A stretch of 64,000 nucleotides of DNA from positions 288,001 to 352,000 of the forward strand of contig CAWBKB010000001.1 of NCBI GenBank assembly GCA_963789265.1. The letters are read 5' to 3'. The DNA is from an uncultured delta proteobacterium (GTDB taxonomy: Bacteria > Desulfobacterota > Desulfomonilia > Desulfomonilales > Desulfomonilaceae). Position 1 is the stretch's first letter, and each line of letters opens with the position of its first letter. Shown here in pieces: positions 1 to 10,995 of this stretch. Made by a program: the position numbers and the translations under genes. The notes beneath the pieces were generated by a model, which ran no database searches, had not been told where the DNA came from, and worked only from the letters and a program-made list of their open reading frames with translations.

Positions 1-939
1 CATCGGACCAGGTTTTATCCCATCTGCAATTATCCCTACTACAATTCGGGGATTACCAAAGTCAAACCCACTTGCACGTATCCCTACTACAATTCGGGGA
101 TTACCAAAGTCAAACCCACTTGCACGTATCCCTACACGACCGCACCACGGTATGTTTCCGGCGCATTTCCTGCCATGGGAATCGGAAGATGGGAAATAAG
201 CGGAGGCGTGCTCTTTGCCAGCCTTAGAGGCTCGATCGCATGGCCGCGATATGCCGGAGCCTACGGTAATTACGGTGGTTATTACGGGAACACGAACGAA
301 GCGAATTTCAGCGACGCTCTACAGCTTCCCGGCCACCTCGCCGTCCCCACATGGAGCATAAAGTACATGTTCCGGCCCAACTGGGCGGCGAGATACTCCG
401 GGTTGGCGTTTGAGGCCAAAGGCGGCGGCCAGCCTTCCCAATACGTCATGTTCGGACCGAACCAGCAATTCTACGGCATAGGCCAGAGCGTGCAAAGCAA
501 ATATCAGCACGGCTACCACAGGGTCGGCCTCGTCTATGATGCGATACGGCGCTACGGATCAACCGTCAGAGTATTCGCGGATTGGGTGCACGTGGACGAC
601 AGGATCGAGTTGCTCGCCTCTAACTATACCGGGCAAGTTGCCGTGTTCAGCAATGGCACTGACGCTGCTATCACCGGACTGGAACTTCAGAAATACGTCA
701 AGAGCAGCGCCAATGGAGCTACCTTGTCATGGGATTGCAGAGCCGGGGCTATCTTCCTTGACGATGTCCAAGGAGTAGACGCACAGGCAGGAGCCCAGTA
801 CACGATACCACTGAATGCCGGTCGCACAGGATTCGTCAGGGCAGGTTACAGGATCGTCCAATTGCAAAAGGCCCCGAGCTCGTTTCTGCTCAAAGATGAG
901 CTTCAGGGTGGCTACATGGAAATGGGGTTTATCTTCTGA
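1..939 (+). CDS. Outer-membrane beta-barrel-like hypothetical protein, 5' end outside the window
   Basis: The frame of ORF 175..939 is open back to base 1. Alternating aromatic beta-strand pattern and C-terminal Phe (GYMEMGFIF). Confidence 0.6.
   Translation, partial: HRTRFYPICNYPYYNSGITKVKPTCTYPYYNSGITKVKPTCTYPYTTAPRYVSGAFPAMGIGRWEISGGVLFASLRGSIAWPRYAGAYGNYGGYYGNTNEANFSDALQLPGHLAVPTWSIKYMFRPNWAARYSGLAFEAKGGGQPSQYVMFGPNQQFYGIGQSVQSKYQHGYHRVGLVYDAIRRYGSTVRVFADWVHVDDRIELLASNYTGQVAVFSNGTDAAITGLELQKYVKSSANGATLSWDCRAGAIFLDDVQGVDAQAGAQYTIPLNAGRTGFVRAGYRIVQLQKAPSSFLLKDELQGGYMEMGFIF
31..135 (+). repeat. In-frame 48-bp tandem repeat (2.2 copies) encoding YPYYNSGITKVKPTCT
   Basis: tatccctactacaattcggggattaccaaagtcaaacccacttgcacg at 31-78 and 79-126, partial copy 127-135. 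Confidence 0.9.
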
Positions 940-1040
940 TTAACGATGTCATCGATCAGTCGACCCCTAAATCCGGTAACAACACCGGCCCTTAACCTGA
1001 AACGCTAACCTAACAAAATCTATTTTCTCAGTTTGTTCAG

Positions 1041-1093
1041 GCCCGGCTTAACTTCTTCCTCCCAGCTAAAGAGTTAAGGCCGGGCTTCTTTTT
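1041..1093 (+). terminator. Intrinsic terminator
   Basis: gcccggcttaact...agttaaggccgggc stem followed by ttcttttt. Confidence 0.65.
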
Positions 1094-1196
1094 GTCAAAT
1101 CCTTGTGTTAAATTCCAGGTCACAGGGCAGAACAGGTCATCCATTCCCAATGTCTCAGGAGTTGCTTAATGGATACGGACATACAAATTCGGATAA

Positions 1197-2070
1197 ATGC
1201 TACGATCGCCGGTTACGTTGCTGACTCGCCCAAAATTACTCAAGATGGAGCCTGACGAAAAGGCATGGGAAGAGGTTCTGATCGGTTATTCCTCGGGAGA
1301 CGATCCTCTATATGAGACTTATAAGGACGTGGTGGGTGCGTTTCACTGGACACCACTTGAAGTCTTTCAGCACACATTTCCCGATACAACGGTCACGCCC
1401 GCCAATCTCACGGTCATTAGCTGGATTCTCCCCGAGCGAGGCCACAAAGGCGGATAATCGCAAGGAGACACTGTATCCTTCCAGACGATGGGTTCATGCC
1501 CGTTTTCCGGGTGAGGAATTCAACAATCATCTGCGGCGACACCTTGTTCAGGAACTCGACCGCATCGGTGTCAAAGCTGTCGCCCCTGTCCTTTGTGCTC
1601 AATGGGGCATGGAAATATCACCTAAGTACGGATTTGCTTCCAAGTGGTCGGAGCGGCACGCGGCGTACGCGGCGGGCCTTGGAACATTCGGTCTTTCTGA
1701 CGGCCTGATCACCTCGAAAGGCAAGGCTCATCGCGTTGGTTCGGTGGTGGCAAATCTGGAGCTGCCCGTTTCCCCGAGGCCCTACGATGACCACCACGCC
1801 TACTGCCAGTTTTTCTATGACGGTTCATGTACAGGATGCCGTAAGCGCTGCCCGGTTGGAGCCATTACGGAAGAGGGGCACGACAAGATGAAGTGCTGGA
1901 ATCACGCCGGGATAACTTGTGCCAAATATGTCAAAGAGAATTATGGGTTCGAAGGTTATGGCTGCGGGCTCTGCCAGACAGGCGTGCCGTGTGAATCGGG
2001 GATTCCTAAAAAGATCCTGAAAGCGATGAAGGGGACGGCTAACGCAGGGAAATCAAGGTCCGATCTATGA
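1197..2070 (+). CDS. Epoxyqueuosine-reductase-like 4Fe-4S protein (QueG-related), frameshifted near 1435
   Basis: WSERHAAYAAGLGTFG motif, CxxCxxxCP and CGLCQTGVPCE clusters. The N-terminus is in ORF 1197..1457 and the true start is uncertain. Confidence 0.7.
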
Positions 2071-2089
2071 AATCGGAGGTGGGGCGGCC

Positions 2090-2374
2090 ATGATAGCCAG
2101 TTTTTCCGTGTATCCCATCGGTGAAGGTACCAGCCTCAGCCGGTTTGTAAAGAAAGGTGTGGCGGTCATCAAGGCGTCGGGCTATCCCTATGAAGTCGGG
2201 GCCATGTCCACGGCCGTGGAAGTGCCCGACTTGGACGCTCTCTTCGACCTGGTCAAACAGGTGCATGCCGTTCATGTGGCAGAAGGTGCCAAACGGATCG
2301 TCATCGACCTCAAAGTGGATGACCGCCGAGACAAGAGAGCGACCATGTCTTCCAAGAGGGCCGCTGTCAGTTGA
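2090..2374 (+). CDS. MTH1187/YkoF family thiamine-binding protein
   Basis: 94 aa with MIASFSVYPIGEGTSLSRFV, YEVGAMST and DLKVDDR signature. Confidence 0.85.
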   Translation: MIASFSVYPIGEGTSLSRFVKKGVAVIKASGYPYEVGAMSTAVEVPDLDALFDLVKQVHAVHVAEGAKRIVIDLKVDDRRDKRATMSSKRAAVS

Positions 2375-2459
2375 TAATTGGTTTCAGTCCGATCCCTTCT
2401 GAAATAAGTCCATCGTTTCCCATGTACGGCGAGGTCAGGAACCTGGCACAGAAGAAAAG

Positions 2460-2530
2460 ATTGCTTCGCTGCGCTCGCAATGACAGGTAGCGAAAATGTC
2501 ATTGCGAGGAGAGAAACGACGAAGCAATCC
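2460..2530. repeat. REP-like palindromic doublet (also at ~43889-43975 and ~48362-48442)
   Basis: attgcttcgctgcgctcgcaatgaca ... tgtcattgcgagg...gacgaagcaat inverted pair recurs three times. Confidence 0.75.
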
Positions 2531-2570
2531 CATCATGAAAATACGCGGCCGAACAACCGTGTTCGAAAAC

Positions 2571-3711
2571 TCAAATCAACGCGCGTGCGATGGTCATCTT
2601 TTCAGCTTCCTTTGCCCCTTCATATATCTCCAGGATTTTGGCGTCGCGGTAAAAGCGCTGAACATCATACTCATCAATATAGCCATAGCCGCCGTGCATC
2701 TGAAGAGCTTTGTCGCAGACCCACACTGCCATCTCACCGGCAGAGGTACCTGGCCATTGCGTTCAATGAAGGATCCGTTCTGCCCTGGTCCACGAGCCAT
2801 GAAGCCTTATAGGTGAGGGTTCTGGCCAACTCTATCTTTGTGGCCATTTCCGCCAGTTGAAACTGTATCGCCTGGTTGGTGGCAAGCGGCCGACCGAATG
2901 TCTTCCGCTCTCGGACATATCTGATGGACTTGTCTAAGGCTCCCTGAGCCAGCCCTACGCCTTGAGCGGCAACCATGGTCCGCGTGGCGTCGAAAAACTT
3001 CATCAATTGATAAAATCCTCGGCCCTCTTCCCCGATAAGGTTGGACTGTGGCACTCGAACGTTATCGAAGATGATCTCCGCGGTGTCACTCGCCCTTATT
3101 CCCATTTTTCCTTTGAGCTTTCTTGTCGTCACGCCCGGACGATCGGATTCGACGAGGATGATACTTTGACGCTTGTGTCGCTCTTCCCGCTCCGGATTTG
3201 TCACGCAGAAGACGCACATGAAATCGCAAACAGTCCCGTTGGTAATGAACATTTTGGTGCCGGTGATCACGTAATCGCCCCCCTCCTTTACGGCCCGGGT
3301 TCGAATTCCCGCGACATCGGTCCCAGCGTCGGGCTCTGTAAAGGCCCCGGCGGATATGGTCTCTCCTGCAACTAACGGCGGCAAGTATTTCTTCTTCTGA
3401 TCTTCTGTGCCGAATAGAAGGATGTGCTCCGCCCCAAAGACAGAAGCGATCACACATAGGCATAGGCCGAGATCCACACGACTGAGTTGCTCGGTGATAA
3501 GGGCCTGTTCAAGAAAACCTAAGCCCGGCCCCCCATATTCCTCTGGTATGGCCGCACCGACCAGCCCGGCTTCGCAAGCCTTTTCCCAAATCTCACGGCC
3601 GTATTTCTCTTCTCTGTCGTACTCTTGGGCGATGGGGGCCAATTCCTTTACGGCAAACTTGTAAGCCGTTTCCTGCACCATTCGCTGTTCTTCCGACAAA
3701 TCGAAATCCAT
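2571..3711 (-). CDS. Acyl-CoA dehydrogenase, frameshifted near 2745
   Basis: MDFDLSEEQ start, FTEPDAGTD, GTKMFITNG, KMGIRAS. The C-terminus ALQMHGGYGYIDEYDVQRFYRDAKILEIYEG continues in another frame to TGA at 2571. Confidence 0.9.
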
Positions 3712-3950
3712 ATCCCACCTCCTTGGTTTGCACTTTTTTCGGACCAGCTTCCCTTCGGGGGGTACAGTTCGCGAAAATACATGCAAGGACCGCAGGAATC
3801 AAGAAACTGTCTCAAAACCCTTGAACTGGACGAAATCGTACCACGAATGACCCTTTTCCCCGGCAATGAATTACCGGGCTACTGTCTCCGTCCCTACGGG
3901 ACACCAGTATTTGAGCCCCATTGGGGCGATTGAGAGTAGACCGGTACTTT

Positions 3951-5690
3951 AGAGAGTGTCTCAAAACGGTTGTAGTGGCACGATGACGACTCTCGGGGTG
4001 GTAGGGTGCGGTTAATCTCGCACCTTGGCCTCCCTTGTCTCCGACGAGCCGGGGCCGGCTATGAGTATGCCTCAGGCAGCCATGAGTCACTCTCCGTCCT
4101 GATGTCTTAGGCCGCGGTTAGCACCAGACGCCCCGTCAGCCAATGGCTGTAGAGCTTCTTGAGATTCAAGGTGGCGCACATCAAAGACCATTGAGCCTTC
4201 GCATTGGATAATCCGGACACGGTCCACCGTCTAAAGTCCAAGTGGCTCTTTATCCATGCAAAGACCGGCTCAATGATCACCTTGCGGGCTCGGAGTAGCG
4301 TCTTGCTTTCCGGGACCTCCCGTTTCTTGCGGTGACGCTCAACTGCGTCACGATAGATGTTAATGTCTATGAGACGGCCATTCTTGCTCTTGCTGCACTT
4401 CCACCGTTCAGGACACGTCAAGTAGTCCCGGCATCGATACCGCCGGATCTCGTTTCCGTTTTTTCCTGTGACTTTCTTCTGAAGAAAGTTCAGCGATGCG
4501 CCTTGCGGACAAATACAGACGTCTCGCTCTTGGTCGTAGACGAACTGGGAAGCGTGATAAGGGTCCCATTGAGCGCCTTTTTCCGCAGCGGACTCTCCCG
4601 ACGACTTGGCGACCAAGACCTCGTACTCCTTCTCTTCGGCCAACGCGATTTGAGCCGATGCGAAGTATCCTGCGTCCGCCACGGTTTCCTCTGCGGTTGC
4701 GCCCAAATTTTCCTGAACTCGATCCAGCATGGGAACAAGCTGCCCATTGTCATTGCCTTCGTCGACCACTTCCTCAGCCACAATCATGCCGCTTTGTTGG
4801 TCTGCCACCGCTTGAGCATTGTAAGAGGGCTCAGTAGACCGCCGGTTCTTCATGTACCGGGCATCCGGCTCGCAGGGATGGACGACCTTCTTGTCAGTCT
4901 TATCCAATTCCTGCAAGGCCTTCTGTATCCGCTCCTTGCGTTTCAACTCGTCCTGCAGGGCTTCGGGAAGACGCCATTCGCCACCCTCCTCTTGCTCGCA
5001 CCTCTCTGTCTCCGTCATGACGTCGGCAACGCACTTGTCCAAATTCTCAAGCATCCGCTCCAACTGATCTTGGTTCTTGAACTTCTCCCGAGATGATCCG
5101 ACAGGGATCTTGGTTCCATCCAATGCATGAACCGCCATACCTATCAACTCGGCTTTGACTGCCACTTGAACCGATTGTTTGAATATTCCCTTGAAAACCT
5201 TCTTGTTGTCCCTCCAGAATCGCCACAGGGTATTATGATCCGCTGCATTCATACCCGTCAGCCAAATCAATCCCATGTTCTCCATGCATGCCTTCTCAAG
5301 CTTGCGCGATGACCTGATTCTGCTGAAATAGCCGTAGAGCCATGCCTTCAACAAAAGATCGGTACTATAGGGAGGACGGCCCGTTTCGCCATTCGGAACT
5401 CGAAAACCCAGCACCTCCAAATCCAAGGAATCCACAAAGTCTCCTATGAAGCGCGCTGGATGATCAGGCCCTATCCAGTCATCTATAGCGGGCGGAAGCA
5501 GAAACACCTGCTTGTAGTCGGCTCTGATTTGCGGCATAATCCTTTCCCTCTCCGATTCTCTTTTCACATCTCATTAGTAGAATCGGTTGAGAATCGCGAG
5601 CCCAAAATCGACTTTTGAGACAGTTTCTGAAGCGCCGGGCTGCCATCGTGCCACGATCCCGAGTATCAAAATAGTTTTGAGACACCTTCT
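3951..5690 (-). mobile_element. IS1182-family insertion sequence; ends ambiguous because four related inverted repeats are present
   Basis: tgtctcaaaa-core IRs at 3802-3817 and 3951-3966, inverted copies at 5613-5628 and 5675-5690, flanking a transposase. Confidence 0.8.
4107..5537 (-). CDS. IS1182-family DDE transposase
   Basis: LLPPAIDDWIGPDHPAR, GRPPY, SSRKLE, DGTKI, YNAQ, ADAGY, IEPVFAWIK. Confidence 0.92.
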   Translation of the reverse strand: MPQIRADYKQVFLLPPAIDDWIGPDHPARFIGDFVDSLDLEVLGFRVPNGETGRPPYSTDLLLKAWLYGYFSRIRSSRKLEKACMENMGLIWLTGMNAADHNTLWRFWRDNKKVFKGIFKQSVQVAVKAELIGMAVHALDGTKIPVGSSREKFKNQDQLERMLENLDKCVADVMTETERCEQEEGGEWRLPEALQDELKRKERIQKALQELDKTDKKVVHPCEPDARYMKNRRSTEPSYNAQAVADQQSGMIVAEEVVDEGNDNGQLVPMLDRVQENLGATAEETVADAGYFASAQIALAEEKEYEVLVAKSSGESAAEKGAQWDPYHASQFVYDQERDVCICPQGASLNFLQKKVTGKNGNEIRRYRCRDYLTCPERWKCSKSKNGRLIDINIYRDAVERHRKKREVPESKTLLRARKVIIEPVFAWIKSHLDFRRWTVSGLSNAKAQWSLMCATLNLKKLYSHWLTGRLVLTAA

Positions 5691-5771
5691 CAATGCTTCC
5701 TTGACGGCAAACTCGCTTAATGACACAAGGCGATAAGAAACACTTTAAGCGACGTGATACCGGAGTGCCTG

Positions 5772-7382
5772 TCAGTTCACCTTCTTTTCCCGTCCGGCCC
5801 ATTCCTTGTTCCGCAGTTCGTATTTCATGATTTTCCCGGTTGCAGTCTTTGGTAGGTCGCCAAATTTAATGCTCTTGGGAACCTTAAATCGAGCCATGTT
5901 TTCACGGCAAAAACTTATAATTTGCTCGGCGGAAGGATTCACGCCCGGCTTTGGAGTGATAAATGCCTTGGGCACTTCTCCCCATTTGGGGTCAGGCACG
6001 CCGACTACGGCACATTCCAGGACATCCGGATGGCGGTACAGGACGTTCTCCACTTCAACGCTGGAAATGTTCTCACCGCCACTGATTATGACGTCCTTCG
6101 ATCTATCCTTTATTTCAACGTACCCGGTGGGATGGACCACAGCCAGATCCCCGCTATGAAACCATCCGCCGTTGAACGCCTCTTCAGTGGCTTCCTCCTG
6201 TTTGTAATAGCCAAGCATGACGTTGTTGCCGCGCATGACTATCTCGCCCAAGGTGCTGCCGTCCCAAGGAACCGGCTCCATCGTTATCCGATCCACCACG
6301 TCCATATTCAAAGCGGTCACGTACGGAACCCCCTGGCGGGCTTTGATCTTGGCCCTTTCCTCGGCGGAGAGGCTTTCCCAGGATATCTGAGGAGCGCATA
6401 TACTGTGCGGCCCGTACACCTCGGTGAGCCCGTATACTTGAGTCACATTCGCGCCGATCTCTTCCATATTCCTAATTACCGTAGGAGCAGGCGGTGCGCC
6501 GGCTGTGATAACTTTCAGTTGGCGCTTCATCTTGACCTCCTTTGCTCCCGGAAACCCCGACATGGAAATGAGCACCGTCGGAGCAGCACACAGGTGGGAC
6601 ACGTTTTCCGTCTCCACCAGTCGATAGATTTCTTCGGGCACGACCTTGCGCAGACACACATGTGTTCCCGCCACCGCAGTAACGGCCCAGGGAAAACACC
6701 AGCCGTTGCAATGGAACATTGGAAGGGTCCATAGGTACACTGAGGTGTAATCCATTCCGTGCTCCAGGGCTTCGCCCAAAGCGTTTAAATAAGCTCCGCG
6801 GTGATGGTACATCACCCCCTTGGGCAGTCCGGTGGTCCCGCTCGTGTAGTTTAATGTGGCCATGTCACGTTCATCCGTAACCGCGCACTGGACAGCGGAA
6901 TCGGAACCCGTGGCCAGGAACTCCTCGTATTCCATACCGTCAAGAGGCCGCTGGTCGTTTACATCGCAAATGTTGACGAACGTTTTGACATTGGTGAGTT
7001 CTTTGATTATGGGAGCGACCAAAGCTGCGAATTCATTGTCCACAAAGAGAGCCTTTGAATCGGAGTGATTCACGATGTAAGACACTTCGCGTGCGGATAA
7101 CCTGATGTTGATGCTCACAAGGGTAGCGCCTATAAGGGGTACTGCAAAGTGCGCTTCAAGCATAGGAGGAATGTTCGGGCTGATGAACGCAACCTTGTCC
7201 CCTTTTTGAATCCCCGCGTTGAGTAGTGCGCCGGCGAGACGGTTCACCCGAGCCTCGAATTGCTTGTAAGTGAATCGCTTACTGCCATGCACCACTGCAT
7301 CTTTGTCACCGTAGACCATTGCTGTGCGTTTCAGAAATGTGCAAGGCGTGAGTAGTTCGAAGTTGACGCTATTCTCGGCCAA
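5772..7382 (-). CDS. Acyl-CoA synthetase (AMP-binding family)
   Basis: YTSGTTGLPKG, YGLTE, GWFHSGDL, SGGENISS, PKTATGK. Confidence 0.92.
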   Translation of the reverse strand: MAENSVNFELLTPCTFLKRTAMVYGDKDAVVHGSKRFTYKQFEARVNRLAGALLNAGIQKGDKVAFISPNIPPMLEAHFAVPLIGATLVSINIRLSAREVSYIVNHSDSKALFVDNEFAALVAPIIKELTNVKTFVNICDVNDQRPLDGMEYEEFLATGSDSAVQCAVTDERDMATLNYTSGTTGLPKGVMYHHRGAYLNALGEALEHGMDYTSVYLWTLPMFHCNGWCFPWAVTAVAGTHVCLRKVVPEEIYRLVETENVSHLCAAPTVLISMSGFPGAKEVKMKRQLKVITAGAPPAPTVIRNMEEIGANVTQVYGLTEVYGPHSICAPQISWESLSAEERAKIKARQGVPYVTALNMDVVDRITMEPVPWDGSTLGEIVMRGNNVMLGYYKQEEATEEAFNGGWFHSGDLAVVHPTGYVEIKDRSKDVIISGGENISSVEVENVLYRHPDVLECAVVGVPDPKWGEVPKAFITPKPGVNPSAEQIISFCRENMARFKVPKSIKFGDLPKTATGKIMKYELRNKEWAGREKKVN

Positions 7383-7702
7383 TGTGAAGTCTCCTTTCCC
7401 TTGCGATCGTTACGGCCTATAGTGACCTGTTCGGTATTATGTACTATTTGTCGAGCCGGAGCCACATTCCCCGTCCGTGAACACCCAGAAATGCTGCCCG
7501 GTTGACTCTTGACCGCGGGAAGCGAAAACGCCGAGTTGACATAAGAACGGAATTGTCTCACTCTGCGGTGCAGAACCACAGGGCGGACGAAAAAGCCGCC
7601 TGCCGGATGTTCGAAAAGGCATCCCGAACGCTAACACTGTTTATCAGCGCTCCCTTTCGCCGCACAAAATCGTTGCCGCCGGGCCACGAAAGCGAGGTTA
7701 CC

Positions 7703-8212
7703 GTGATACACCATTTTCAGATGAACCATATCTCCACAGTCGAGAAGATAGAGCCAACACTTTGGCGAGTCTTAGCCAGATCCGACGACAACCTCTTTTC
7801 AGGCGAAACATCCCTCGATGTGAAGCTTCCTGCTTTAGATATTCGGCGAGCCCGCTTAAGTGTCACGCGGGACGTTCTCGGCCTCGTGCCCGACCTTTCT
7901 TCGGCTGAAGAGAAGCTCGTCGGCGTACGAGTCGGGCCGGGGATGACTAAGATAGTTCGCGGCCTGGTCGGCGGGCAAAAAGGTTCAGGCCGCATGGCTG
8001 ATCTGGTTCTGGAAGCTATGGAAATGTTGGTGAATGCTCTATCCCTGCCGGAACTCAGAAAAGCAATGGAGAAGTGCGGAGAATCCGTTGCAGACCCGGA
8101 GTCGAGGGCCAAGATCTCGCTCAATGACGTGCTGATTGGAGACCAAACTGTACAGGTGATGGGAGCTAATCCCAGGCTTAAGGACAGTTGCGCAGCATTT
8201 CTAGGGGCGTAA
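7703..8212 (+). CDS. DUF2889-like hypothetical protein
   Basis: LVGVRVGPGMTKIVRGLVGG and terminal KDSC; GTG start with GAGG RBS; paralog follows. Confidence 0.55.
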   Translation: MIHHFQMNHISTVEKIEPTLWRVLARSDDNLFSGETSLDVKLPALDIRRARLSVTRDVLGLVPDLSSAEEKLVGVRVGPGMTKIVRGLVGGQKGSGRMADLVLEAMEMLVNALSLPELRKAMEKCGESVADPESRAKISLNDVLIGDQTVQVMGANPRLKDSCAAFLGA

Positions 8213-8228
8213 CAAACGGAGTGAAAAG

Positions 8229-8678
8229 ATGCTTGAGTATTCGCGCATGAAGTCCGTCGGAGTTCAAGCCCAAGGCAAAGATCGCCGGATTGTGAGCGGT
8301 GTCCTGGAAGACGAACTCTATGCCATGCAATGTGAAATTGTGGTCAACTGGCCGACACTAACCATTGAACGAGTGCAAACCCGCATGAAACGTTTCACAA
8401 CTACCCGCTGCCGATTGGCTGAAAACGTGTTTCCGGCAGCCGAGGGATGGAAACTGGATTCTCAGCTCGAAGGAAAGATCAAGAAAGAGCTTGGTCGAAG
8501 AGGGTGTCGCCACATGGCAAATCTGATTTTGGATAGCTGCCGAAGCATTGCAAGAGCCGAATTTTCCCGAGAGTTGCGTGCCGCCTTGGAAGAGAATCCC
8601 AATCTGGACCGCAAGGGTTTTATGGAAGACTTCCGCTGCCGGAACTCGGAATTGACCGAGTTCATGCGCCTCCAATAG
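8229..8678 (+). CDS. DUF2889-like hypothetical protein
   Basis: LED, RC and GCRHMANL motifs typical of DUF2889. Confidence 0.6.
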   Translation: MLEYSRMKSVGVQAQGKDRRIVSGVLEDELYAMQCEIVVNWPTLTIERVQTRMKRFTTTRCRLAENVFPAAEGWKLDSQLEGKIKKELGRRGCRHMANLILDSCRSIARAEFSRELRAALEENPNLDRKGFMEDFRCRNSELTEFMRLQ

Positions 8679-8697
8679 CCTGTGGAGCATTTAGACA

Positions 8698-9324
8698 ATG
8701 AAGCTCGATCTGCATATCCACACCAGCGTCTATTCGGCGTGTAGTAACATGACGCCTGACGAGATGGTCGCTTCGGCCAAAAAGGTAGGTTTGGACGGCA
8801 TCTGCATCACGGAGCATAACAGGATCTGGGGCCGGCAACAGGCGAGTTCTCTCAGTGAGAAATACGGTCTGCCGATCTTTAGGGGTATGGAAGTAACTAC
8901 CACGGGCGGAGACATTCTCGTTTTCGGTCTTGAGGAAGAGCCCGCAGACATGTGGACCCCGGCCATCTTGAAGACAAAAGTCGACGCGGCAGGAGGGGTG
9001 GCCATTGCCGCTCACCCTTTTCGCGGATTCTTGCTTTTCGGCTTCGGCGCGCTTGACATGAAATTGGATGACGCCATGAGCAACCCAACCTTCTCGCAGG
9101 TGCACGGGCTGGAGGTCTGTAACAGTATGGCCACCGACGAAGAGAACGATTTTGCACGCAGGGTAGCCGAGGCGATGCACCTCCTGCGTCTGGGAGGCAG
9201 CGACGCGCATAGGCCGGAAGCCGTGGGGACCTGTGTCACAAGTTTTGAGGATTGGTTCGACGACGAAAAGGGACTGGTAGCGGCCATTATGAGCAGCCGC
9301 TTTACCGTGGAGAGGATGAAATAA
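8698..9324 (+). CDS. PHP-domain metal-dependent phosphoesterase
   Basis: DLHIHT, ITEHN, AHPFR, GGSDAH. Confidence 0.88.
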   Translation: MKLDLHIHTSVYSACSNMTPDEMVASAKKVGLDGICITEHNRIWGRQQASSLSEKYGLPIFRGMEVTTTGGDILVFGLEEEPADMWTPAILKTKVDAAGGVAIAAHPFRGFLLFGFGALDMKLDDAMSNPTFSQVHGLEVCNSMATDEENDFARRVAEAMHLLRLGGSDAHRPEAVGTCVTSFEDWFDDEKGLVAAIMSSRFTVERMK

Positions 9325-9396
9325 GACTGATTTCAGTAGGGCGGCCCGCGGCCGCCGATTGCGTCGGGCAGGCGCAAAATTGGTCAAGGAAAGATC

Positions 9397-10191
9397 ATGA
9401 ACAACCAAGAAATGAAATGGTCGGACTGGACGCGGAGCATGGAACACTTCCTCCGCCTAAAAACCTTTCCCGTAGGTTTGAAAATGTTGGAGGATCCCGA
9501 AGAGCTTAACAAGAATCCCTGGCTTCGTAGACCTAAGGAGAAGCTCTCCCTGTGCCAATTGATAACGATTGTTCGAACTTACGATTGGACCGTAGGCGGA
9601 ACCGCTGACGATCTGGTGGCCCCCGTGTGCGCCGGTGTCCTCGGTCTGGCAGAGCTTCCCGACTTCGTCAAAGACGGTTCCATGCGGAGCGTAGTCTGGT
9701 TAGAGAAGAAACAAGACGCGGCTTTGTGCGAATCGGTCATACAGAGGATCCCTTGCGGGAGATACAAGGCATTTATCCTTGCGCCGACCGCCTACGATCC
9801 TTTTGTCCCCGACATAATCCTGGTGTACGCAAATCCGGCCCAGATGTCGCTTATGGTCAATGCCATACAGTACGACAAGTTCGAACGACAGGTCTTTTAT
9901 TCTGTCGGTGAAGGTTCCTGTTCGGATGTGATCGGCCGATGCTTTGTCGATCGAGTGCCCGCGCTCTCCATACCCTGCTATGGCGAACGTCGCTTCGGCC
10001 ACGCGGCCGACGACGAGTTGGCTATAGGCCTTCCCGCAGAAGATTGCCCCAGAATCCTTGGCAACCTGGAGAAATTGTACAAGAAAGGGATCCGTTACCC
10101 CATCTCTCACTACGGGGCTCAAGTCAGCCCGTACCAGGCATTGGCGGCCGTGTACGGCTTTCCACAATTGGAAAAGAACGACCGGCGCTGA
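9397..10191 (+). CDS. DUF169 family protein
   Basis: LRLKTFPVG, LCQLI, C..GVLG, NPAQM, PCYGERRF. Confidence 0.8.
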   Translation: MNNQEMKWSDWTRSMEHFLRLKTFPVGLKMLEDPEELNKNPWLRRPKEKLSLCQLITIVRTYDWTVGGTADDLVAPVCAGVLGLAELPDFVKDGSMRSVVWLEKKQDAALCESVIQRIPCGRYKAFILAPTAYDPFVPDIILVYANPAQMSLMVNAIQYDKFERQVFYSVGEGSCSDVIGRCFVDRVPALSIPCYGERRFGHAADDELAIGLPAEDCPRILGNLEKLYKKGIRYPISHYGAQVSPYQALAAVYGFPQLEKNDRR

Positions 10192-10860
10192 AGGACCTTT
10201 ATACCGACTCCCATAGCTAGAGAGCTGCAACGAAACATGAAAACGCTAGTAGGACCGTCCCGCGCGGAACGCGGGATTGCCGGTCGATGACAGCGCGTTT
10301 TCATGGTGGTTCGCTCTCAAATAAGTGAGAGCCGGCAAATAGCAAACAGCACTGAACTGGCAGCATGACGGTGCCTAAGTCAGTGGCACCCAACGTGCAT
10401 TCATGAGGCATTGGGGCATCCCACGTTCCGCGAGAGGCTTTGTCAGATCCGTGTTGTATTTATGAGCAGTTCTCGAAAGTTTTCACGGATTCCCGCTTCC
10501 GCAATGCCGTGAGATAGGGATCTGCATTTCGTTAGTGGGACAGGCTTCCAGCCTGTCGCTGACAGACGGGCATCCTGCCCGTCGCCCCTAGATCTTTGCT
10601 TTTCCCGTGATTACTTTGCACAATCCGAACATCATTTGATGGCAGCGGACTGGTACTGGCGACTCTTATTCGATTGCAACTCATTTTTGCCGGCCTTCGA
10701 GGTACCACGGATGCCGATCCAGGTACCCGCTTCCACAAGAATCACTGCAAAGGTACCCTCACGGTAAACCTTCCGAATATTCTGCATCCGACGGCTAAAT
10801 CGGACCTCACCCAATCCATTGCTTAATAAACTACTTTAAGAAAATAACATAACATTCCGA

Positions 10861-10889
10861 TTGACAAGATGATTTTATGATGGTATGCC
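10861..10889 (+). promoter_or_regulatory. Sigma70-type promoter
   Basis: TTGACA-17 nt-TATGCC with a TG extension, upstream of the ORF at 10996. Confidence 0.5.
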
Positions 10890-10995
10890 CCCAGTCAGTC
10901 GTCGGGAAGGAGGGAACATGACACCCACCCGTCACAATCCGAAAGACCAAAAACTCTCCTCCAAAGGGGAACAGTTGTCGAAAGGAGATGCTGTT

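Noticed and set aside
10890..10995. Long 5' UTR as a possible riboswitch
   Set aside because: No recognisable aptamer consensus; an Rfam scan would be needed
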